Positions 57,796 through 64,000 of a DNA stretch of 64,000 bases are shown piece by piece; position 1 is the stretch's first letter, and each line of letters begins with the position of its first letter. A program made the translations under genes and the position numbers. The stretch is from an uncultured Bacteroidales bacterium. Its GTDB lineage: Bacteria > Bacteroidota > Bacteroidia > Bacteroidales > Paludibacteraceae. The stretch covers positions 302,617 through 366,616 of the forward strand of contig CAMKPZ010000002.1 of the NCBI GenBank assembly GCA_946414805.1, given 5' to 3'. Below the pieces are notes generated by a model. The model was not told the origin of the DNA. It saw nothing but the letters and a program-made list of their open reading frames with translations, and did not search any database.

Positions 57796-58559
57796 TATTC
57801 AAAATTGAAGGTCAGACATACGCAATGTGTGGTCAGGCGCGAGATAGCATCGGAGTAGAAAGCCTCATGCGGCGCCAACTCCATGCGTCCGTCGGATGGC
57901 GATAACTGGTTGGCGAAACCGATGCGGTACGTGATCTCCGGACAGAACTTGAACCATCGGAAATAGAGATCCACGCCGAATCCCACTTCGCAGAAATAGT
58001 CTGTCAAGTTCAGCAATACCGGTTTCTCTCTGTCGCGGCTGACATTAAAACTTGCGCCGCCTCCCGCAATCACATACGGACGGTAATTGCCTTCGCGCGC
58101 AGCAGACCATTTCAGATACAGCGGCAGGTAAACCGGCATAGCCAGAATATCAATATTGGCGCCTGTCTTACCCGGAGTTCCGACTACAGGGCGTCCGCTC
58201 TCTGTCTTGTAACTCAGCGTGCGGCTTGCAAACTGAATACCCGGACAGAAACGCAGATTCAGGTATTTGCAGAGCCTCAGATCGCTTACAAAACCTACAT
58301 GGAAACCCGGTAGAAGACTGCTCACGCGTGCATGGTAGATCTCCGTCTCTCCGGTAAGCGGATTGGTGATAGGCTGCTCACTGTCGGTTACACCGAAACT
58401 CGCGAAATCAAGTCCTAACTGAAAACCGAAGTGGAAGAGTTTGTCATCCGCATACGGCCGGTTCATCCCCTGTTGCGCAAAGGATGGAGTACTGAGTACC
58501 GAGTATAACGTACAGAGTACCAAGGCTGCTATGATCCGTAATCTATTCGTAATTCTCAA
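57795..58559 (-). CDS. PorT-like / small outer-membrane beta-barrel protein
   Basis: Signal peptide, then DDKLFHFGFQLGLDF and an alternating strand pattern ending …CVCLTFNFE. Size and N-terminal motif resemble the PorT/SprT family as I recall it. TTG start. Confidence 0.5.
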   Translation of the reverse strand: MRITNRLRIIAALVLCTLYSVLSTPSFAQQGMNRPYADDKLFHFGFQLGLDFASFGVTDSEQPITNPLTGETEIYHARVSSLLPGFHVGFVSDLRLCKYLNLRFCPGIQFASRTLSYKTESGRPVVGTPGKTGANIDILAMPVYLPLYLKWSAAREGNYRPYVIAGGGASFNVSRDREKPVLLNLTDYFCEVGFGVDLYFRWFKFCPEITYRIGFANQLSPSDGRMELAPHEAFYSDAISRLTTHCVCLTFNFE

Positions 58560-58580
58560 TTTAAAAAATTAACAATTCGT

Positions 58581-58629
58581 AATTCTCAATTCTCAATTCT
58601 CAATTCTCAATTCTCAATTCTCAATTAAT
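58581..58629. repeat. heptamer tandem array x7 (AATTCTC)
   Basis: Read directly. Contains the stop of the TonB-receptor-like gene (58625-58627). A separate copy, TTCGTAATTCTCAAT, carries the PorT-like TTG start (58557-58559). Confidence 0.95.
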
Positions 58630-61210
58630 AGTCGCTGCTGCTATTTCCGCTATCGTCGAAATCATCGCTTCCGCCCATTGAGCTATCGCCTTTGTCCGGA
58701 CGGCGTTTACCTGTCTGGTTACCGAAGTTATAGGTCAGTGTCAGACTGATGGTACGGCTGTGCCATCTGTTCTCGCTGAACTGCCAGAAGCCGTCTCCCC
58801 AAGTGGTGTTACGCCTTGCGCGGCTGTCCAGAAGATCGCGTACATTGAGCGCCAGCGCCAGCTGTTTGTTGAGGAAAGTATGGCGCAAGCCTATATCTAT
58901 CGAATAACTGTGACTCGTCGTACCCTGTGCCACTACGCGCGGAGAGCGGTAGTTCGCGGAGATCTGACCGCTGAAATTCTTGGTGAAGAGGAACTGTGCG
59001 TTCACGCGTACAGAGCCTGCAAGAATGTTCTGTTGCGGCAGGTTTACCGGAATCTCCGTTCCCTGGTAGAGAATCGTCTGATCCACTTTCGCTACATTGT
59101 TCCAATAGAAGTTGGCAGAGGTGGTCAGTTGCAGTACTTCGCCGAAGAGACGGTTCTTGGCTACCACCTCAACACCTAACTCCTGTCTTGTGGCTACATT
59201 GAGATAGGTGTTTTTCATTACTGCCTTAGTAGGGTCGGACTGGTCGTAATTATCCATATATTTGACATTCTGCACTGCGCCTTCGCGGTATTTCCAGAAG
59301 ACCCCTGCGGAAAGGGTGTGGCGCTCCCAGGTCTTGAGGTAGTTGAGTTCCAGATTATTGGAGTATGCCGGTAACAGATCTACGTTACCGAAGCTGATGT
59401 TCGTGCTATCGGAGAAATCCATGCGCGGGTTGATCTGGTGTCCCCACGGACGGTTCACACGCCTTGTGTAGTTGAGCTGAAGCTCATGTCCGTTGCCGAA
59501 ATCATAACTGATATACGCACTCGGGAAGATCTGGAAATACGAGGTGTCTTTCTTGTTGGGGAAGGCGGCGTAAGAGTCTTGCACCGTGCCGCTCTCATCC
59601 TTGTAGAAGGACTCCAGATGGCGCGAATAATACTCTCCGCGCAGACCTACCTGGATCGACAGTTTGTCCCAGAAGCGGTTGCCGTACGTGATATACAGAG
59701 CGTGGTTCTGGGTCAAGCCCCGGAAATCCGTGTAGTATGCAGGTAGCTCGGTAGAGATGCCATCCTTGATATTATGTGCGTCCGCGAGACTGTTGCTCCA
59801 TCCGCGCGTATAGTCGTATCCGGCTTCCAAGCGGCTCTGCGGAGTCGGTTTCCATTCATAGTCCGCCTTGATCTCCATACTCTGCTCCTTGCTTCGGTTG
59901 CTCTGGTCTTGATAGGTGGTGTCATACCGGTCGGTCAGCAAGTCCCTGTCCGCCTGTGTGTAGTCGGTGAACTGGTTGAAGCCGAAGTTATTATAGGTAC
60001 CGCTGACGATGAGTTGGTGCTCGTCCAGTTTGAAGGTATAGTCGATGGTGGCATTGCCTCCCGGGTGCGAACCGGAGCCGCTCTGGTCACGCGTGTAATC
60101 GCGCATGACAGTACCGTCCGGAGCGGTCAGCAGGTAGGTGCGGTGGTTGGTGTTGGTCATCTTGAAGACATTCGGATCGCTCACCATTCCGAATCCGGAC
60201 ACACCGAGCGTATGCCCTTCCGCGAGACGGAAATTGAGTCCGGCTCTTGCGAACATACCTCCTCCGCGATGGGTCTGCAGACCTTCCTGCACCAGATGGC
60301 TCTGGATCAACGAACTGTCCAATGCCTGTTCGCCTGTGCCGCTCAGGTTATACCGGTCGGTCTTGCTGCCGCCGTTGCTTATATGATAGCGGTACCCCAC
60401 ATTGAAATAACCATCCACGGGGCCTGCGTTGAAGTTGATATTAAAGCCTACGTTCGCTCCGGGAGGTACATTCCACGGCGACGCCAGCGCGTAGTTCAGA
60501 CCGGCTTGCACCGAACCGTAATATCCGGCGGATCGGTCTTTTTTCATCACCAGATTGATAATACCAGATGTGCCTTCGGGGCTGAACTTGGCGGAGGGAT
60601 TGGTGATGACTTCTATCTTCTCGATCGTACCTGCGGGCATCTGCTGGAGCACCTGTCCTCTGTTCTCGGAATTGAGTCCTGCGGGCTTGCCGTTGATCCA
60701 GATCTCGACATCCTCGCTGTTACGCAGGCTGATCGTACCTTCCTGATCGACATCCACGGAAGGGATGTTCTCGAGTACATCGGTAACGGACGCACCTGCG
60801 GAAGCGATATTCTGATCAACGGTGAAGACTTTCTTGTCGAGTTCAAAGCGCATGGATGATCCTTGTCCGACCACCTCTACATCCTGCAGCACCTGAGTAT
60901 CTTCCTTGAGCTGTATACGCCCTACGTTGAGCGGTTTGCCGGAGACTGTGATCTCCTTGCGGCTCTCGCTGTAGCCCATGAAGGAAACAACAATCGTGTA
61001 TTGTCCGTCCTTGAGGTCCAATGCGAACGCGCCCGTGGCATCGGTGATGGTACCGGTCAAGGGAGCCGTTTCTCCGTTTTTAAGGACACTGACATTCGCA
61101 AAATCGATGGCTTGCTTTGTGCCGAAGTCAACCACCTTACCTGTTACTTGCGCGGCAAACAAACCGACCGTCAGTAACAAGAGCGAAATAACACTACTTA
61201 ATCGTTTCAT
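58625..61210 (-). CDS. TonB-dependent-receptor-like outer membrane protein with carboxypeptidase-regulatory-like N-domain
   Basis: Signal peptide. VTGKVVDFGTKQAIDFANVSVL… (CarbopepD_reg-like). Plug-like region, then a long beta-barrel pattern. Confidence 0.75.
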   Translation of the reverse strand: MKRLSSVISLLLLTVGLFAAQVTGKVVDFGTKQAIDFANVSVLKNGETAPLTGTITDATGAFALDLKDGQYTIVVSFMGYSESRKEITVSGKPLNVGRIQLKEDTQVLQDVEVVGQGSSMRFELDKKVFTVDQNIASAGASVTDVLENIPSVDVDQEGTISLRNSEDVEIWINGKPAGLNSENRGQVLQQMPAGTIEKIEVITNPSAKFSPEGTSGIINLVMKKDRSAGYYGSVQAGLNYALASPWNVPPGANVGFNINFNAGPVDGYFNVGYRYHISNGGSKTDRYNLSGTGEQALDSSLIQSHLVQEGLQTHRGGGMFARAGLNFRLAEGHTLGVSGFGMVSDPNVFKMTNTNHRTYLLTAPDGTVMRDYTRDQSGSGSHPGGNATIDYTFKLDEHQLIVSGTYNNFGFNQFTDYTQADRDLLTDRYDTTYQDQSNRSKEQSMEIKADYEWKPTPQSRLEAGYDYTRGWSNSLADAHNIKDGISTELPAYYTDFRGLTQNHALYITYGNRFWDKLSIQVGLRGEYYSRHLESFYKDESGTVQDSYAAFPNKKDTSYFQIFPSAYISYDFGNGHELQLNYTRRVNRPWGHQINPRMDFSDSTNISFGNVDLLPAYSNNLELNYLKTWERHTLSAGVFWKYREGAVQNVKYMDNYDQSDPTKAVMKNTYLNVATRQELGVEVVAKNRLFGEVLQLTTSANFYWNNVAKVDQTILYQGTEIPVNLPQQNILAGSVRVNAQFLFTKNFSGQISANYRSPRVVAQGTTSHSYSIDIGLRHTFLNKQLALALNVRDLLDSRARRNTTWGDGFWQFSENRWHSRTISLTLTYNFGNQTGKRRPDKGDSSMGGSDDFDDSGNSSSDY

Positions 61211-61248
61211 ATACTATTTAACGTCACGTTAGTGACCTTAATAACTCT

Positions 61249-61698
61249 TTACCTCTTCAGCGTGCCGAGCAGCCACTCGACACCGAGTCGGTATCCGTCC
61301 GTTCCTTTTCCTATTATATTATGCGCGCACACGCCCGTGAGCAGACTTGTCCGCCGGAAAGGTTCGCGTGTCCGGATGTCGCTGATATGTACCTCCACCA
61401 CCGGCAGTTCACACTCTTCCACGGCGTCGCGGAGCGCCACGGAAGTGTGGCTGTAGCCGCCTGCATTGAGTACGACGCCGAGGCATTGGTCATGGGTGAT
61501 TGGTGATTGTTCACTGGCTTGCTGGAGCCAGTCGATCAGGTCTCCCTCATGGTTGGACTGACGGTACACAAAATGCACATCCGGCCATTGCCGCTGGATG
61601 TCCCACAAAATTTGTGCCATCGTCTTCGAACCGTATATCTCGGGCTTGCGCAGCCCCAAGCGGTTCAAGTTCGGACCGTTGATGATCAAAACCTGCAT
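61249..61698 (-). CDS. aroQ: type II 3-dehydroquinate dehydratase
   Basis: MQVLIINGPNLNRLGLRKPEIYG and VEVHISDI motifs. Confidence 0.93.
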   Translation of the reverse strand: MQVLIINGPNLNRLGLRKPEIYGSKTMAQILWDIQRQWPDVHFVYRQSNHEGDLIDWLQQASEQSPITHDQCLGVVLNAGGYSHTSVALRDAVEECELPVVEVHISDIRTREPFRRTSLLTGVCAHNIIGKGTDGYRLGVEWLLGTLKR

Positions 61699-61707
61699 GA
61701 GGAAATG

Positions 61708-61831
61708 TACGATTATTAAGATTTTTCTGCTCCCGACTTAACCACGACTTAACCACGACTTGCCCTCGACTTGCCCCCGACTCAAAGGTGGTCGTGAAAA
61801 AGCCCCGAAAAGTTTACGATTATTAAGATTT
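61708..61831. repeat. 17-bp direct repeats (TACGATTATTAAGATTT at 61708-61724 and 61815-61831) flanking 90 bp that contain an 11-bp tandem array x5 (61734-61788)
   Basis: Read directly. The second direct repeat overlaps the rho stop codon. Confidence 0.85.
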
Positions 61832-63593
61832 ACCGTGCGCCGTTAACCGCAAGCAGGAACTCATCGTTATCCTCGGTACGCTCCATGTACGCCTTCAGTT
61901 TCTCCATCGCTTCCTGACCGTTCATGTCGCTGAGCATCTTCCGGATCTGCCACATTCGGCTCAGTACGTCCGGCGGGAGCAGCAGGTCATCGCGGCGTGT
62001 GCTGGAAGCCGGAATATCCACCGCAGGGAAGATGCGGCGGTTCGCCAGCTTGCGGTCGAGCTGCAGCTCCATGTTACCCGTTCCCTTGAACTCCTCGAAG
62101 ATCAGGTCATCCATCTTGCTTCCGGTCTCGGTGAGCGCCGTAGCGATGATAGTGAGCGAACCTCCGTTCTCGATATTACGGGCAGCTCCGAAGAAGCGTT
62201 TGGGTTTATGCAGCGCCTGGGCTTCCACACCGCCGGAGAGCACTTTTCCGCTGGAGGGCGCAACGGTGTTGTAGGCGCGTGCCAGACGCGTGATCGAGTC
62301 AAGCAGGATTACTACATCGTGACCGCTCTCCACCAACCGTTTGGCCTTCTCATGTACGATGTTCGCCACTTTCACATGGTTCTCGGCGGGTTCGTCGAAG
62401 GTAGAAGCGATCACTTCGGCATCGACGCTGCGCGCCATGTCTGTAACCTCCTCCGGCCGCTCGTCGATAAGCAGAACGATCATATAGACCTCCGGGTTGT
62501 TCTTCAGAATAGCGTTCGCCAACTCCTTGAGCAACACGGTTTTACCGGTTTTCGGTTGGGCTACGATCAGTCCGCGCTGACCCTTACCGATCGGCGAGAA
62601 GAGATCGATCATACGTACGCTCAGGGAGTCGTTATGACCGGTGCAGAGTTTGAATTTCTGATCCGGGAAGAGGGGCGTAAGGTTCTCGAAAGCGATGCGT
62701 TTCTTCGCCAACTCGGGATCCAGCCCGTTGATGCGGATCACCTTGTCCATGGGGAAGAACTTGTCCGGCTGCGGGTTCACGCGGATCGAGCATTCTACGG
62801 TGTCTCCGGGCTTCAGTCCGTACTGGCGCACCTGCTCCTTGCTCACGTAGATGTCGTCCGGACTGGAGAGGTAGTTGTAATCGGCAGAACGGAGGAATCC
62901 GTAACCGTCCGGAGCGCACTCCAGCGTACCCATCGCGATCACGTTCTCGCCCAGGTTGGGCATAACGAAATCAGGGGTTTCTTCTTCCGGCTCTGTGTTC
63001 TTGGGCTGCGGCGTTTCCTGCTTGGGCTGCTCTTGGGGTTTCGCCTCCGTTTGCGGCTGCTCCTTCACCTCTTCCTTTGCCTCCTTGACCTCTTCTTTTG
63101 CCTCCTTGACCTCTTCTTTCTTCTTCCGTCCTCTTTTCTTCTTCGGTGCTTCGGCAGCTTCCGGTGCAGCGGTCTCTTCTTTCTCCGCCGGGGCTGCCGG
63201 AGTTGCCGGAACCGGTTCCTCAATCAGGATTTCTTTCACGGCTTTCACCGTTTTGTTAGGCTTGTGGTTGTTCGCCTGCAGCTGCTCCTGCATCTCCGCC
63301 ATCTGCTCTTTCTCCGTACCGACCGTAGCCAGCACGGGTTTCTCGCTGACAGCAACCTTGGCGGCTCTCTTCACTCCTCTTGCGCGTTCGCGTTTGGACG
63401 GTTTGCCCGCAGCGATGCGTTCATCCTCTTTGGCCTGAACGGCAGCGGCACGGTTGTCCGCCTGCGCATCCAGGATAGCATAACTGATCTCGCGTACCGA
63501 CTGGCTGCGACGGGGATTAAGGCCCATACTCGTAGCAATCGCACGCACTTCTTCGAGCGACATACGCTCGAGTTTTTGTAATTCGTATTGCAT
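61830..63593 (-). CDS. rho: transcription termination factor Rho with ~170-aa Lys/Glu/Pro/Ala-rich N-terminal insertion
   Basis: Rho N-terminal helix bundle, CSD-like [14 protein letters not shown], and Walker A AQPKTGKT. 587 aa versus 419 in E. coli. Confidence 0.95.
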   Translation of the reverse strand: MQYELQKLERMSLEEVRAIATSMGLNPRRSQSVREISYAILDAQADNRAAAVQAKEDERIAAGKPSKRERARGVKRAAKVAVSEKPVLATVGTEKEQMAEMQEQLQANNHKPNKTVKAVKEILIEEPVPATPAAPAEKEETAAPEAAEAPKKKRGRKKKEEVKEAKEEVKEAKEEVKEQPQTEAKPQEQPKQETPQPKNTEPEEETPDFVMPNLGENVIAMGTLECAPDGYGFLRSADYNYLSSPDDIYVSKEQVRQYGLKPGDTVECSIRVNPQPDKFFPMDKVIRINGLDPELAKKRIAFENLTPLFPDQKFKLCTGHNDSLSVRMIDLFSPIGKGQRGLIVAQPKTGKTVLLKELANAILKNNPEVYMIVLLIDERPEEVTDMARSVDAEVIASTFDEPAENHVKVANIVHEKAKRLVESGHDVVILLDSITRLARAYNTVAPSSGKVLSGGVEAQALHKPKRFFGAARNIENGGSLTIIATALTETGSKMDDLIFEEFKGTGNMELQLDRKLANRRIFPAVDIPASSTRRDDLLLPPDVLSRMWQIRKMLSDMNGQEAMEKLKAYMERTEDNDEFLLAVNGAR

Positions 63594-63658
63594 AAACTAA
63601 ATAAAGTATTTTCTTGGAAAAACTTGGGGAAAGCAGACTCCTTTCCTCAAATCCGGTG

Positions 63659-63690
63659 CAAAAGTACAATAATTTTCTGACATACGCAAA
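63659..63690 (-). promoter_or_regulatory. Bacteroides-type promoter of rho
   Basis: Minus strand: TTTG (63690-63687), 20-nt spacer, TACTTTTG (63666-63659). Confidence 0.65.
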
Positions 63691-63727
63691 TTTATTTTAC
63701 AAAAAATGCAGATATATTATCAAAAAT

Positions 63728-63759
63728 CTTGCGTATGTCAGAAAAAACAACTATCTTTG
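63728..63759 (+). promoter_or_regulatory. Bacteroides-type promoter of the UvrD-like helicase gene
   Basis: CTTG (63728-63731), 20-nt spacer, TATCTTTG (63752-63759). ATG follows 17 nt later. Confidence 0.65.
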
Positions 63760-63776
63760 CACTCTCTTTGAATAGC

Positions 63777-64000
63777 ATGGATCGATTGATTGACATACAC
63801 AAACCGGTGACGGTATGCAAAGCTTCGGCGGGAACGGGTAAAACATTCACGCTGGCTGCTTATTATGTGGGGCTGTTGCTTTCGGGCGAAGACTACCGCT
63901 CTATACTGGCGATCACGTTCACGAACAAAGCCACGGCGGAGATGAGCGAACGGATTATCGGTTATCTTCACGGTATATGGCAGGGAGAGGAAGAAGCGTT
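63777..64000 (+). CDS. UvrD/AddA-type superfamily-1 helicase, N-terminal fragment (continues beyond the window; not in the ORF track)
   Basis: My translation from the ATG at 63777: MDRLIDIHKPVTVCKASAGTGKTFTLAAYYVGLLLSGEDYRSILAITFTNKATAEMSERIIGYLHG… It has Walker A AGTGKT and motif Ia TFTNKATAEM. Confidence 0.8.
   Translation, partial: MDRLIDIHKPVTVCKASAGTGKTFTLAAYYVGLLLSGEDYRSILAITFTNKATAEMSERIIGYLHGIWQGEEEA

Noticed and set aside
58581-58629. Tandem arrays (here and at 15295, 25594, 30454, 55480, 61734) as possible CRISPR arrays
   Set aside because: Units are 7-22 bp and directly abutting, with no unique spacers. There are no cas genes in the window.
62208-63581. 457-aa plus-strand ORF antisense to rho
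   Set aside because: Rho on the opposite strand is unambiguous. The antisense product is low-complexity (Leu/Phe/Arg runs mirroring the Lys/Glu insertion).

Overview
This 64-kb chromosomal segment reads as a Bacteroidota (Bacteroidales-like) genome. Genes lack Shine-Dalgarno sequences. At least eight genes are preceded by the Bacteroides-type promoter TTTG-N20-TAnnTTTG. The content also fits this phylum: a T9SS-type C-terminal domain, a PorT-like barrel, Omp28-like CxxC lipoproteins, and a Rho with a long N-terminal insertion.

I support about 50 protein genes and one tRNA-Val(UAC). Most are housekeeping: an RND efflux operon, dnaX, ygiQ-like radical SAM, prmA, folC, dnaE, argS, infC-rpmI-rplT, ribF, aroQ, rho, pssA, ampG-like and ppiD-like genes.

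The most unusual locus starts immediately downstream of tRNA-Val. It is a tightly packed six-gene minus-strand operon (30575-37772) behind a single canonical promoter. It encodes:
- an SPFH protein with three fused zinc ribbons;
- a 4-TM protein;
- a 763-aa membrane-anchored coiled-coil protein whose C-terminus is a clear ribosomal L7/L12 C-terminal-domain homolog on a poly-acidic tether;
- two paralogous coiled-coil proteins;
- a beta-helical protein.

A ClpB that naturally lacks the N-terminal domain follows, with no recognisable promoter in the gap. I cannot assign this gene set to any described system and flag it as the best candidate for a new membrane-associated stress or conflict module.

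The second theme is a dense population of short-period tandem repeats (7, 11, 12, 15, 21 and 22 bp) and small hairpin elements. They fill operon spacers, carry stop or start codons, and occur in frame inside dnaE, argS and an outer-membrane protein gene.

All family calls come from motifs read by eye and from memory. No database search was run.
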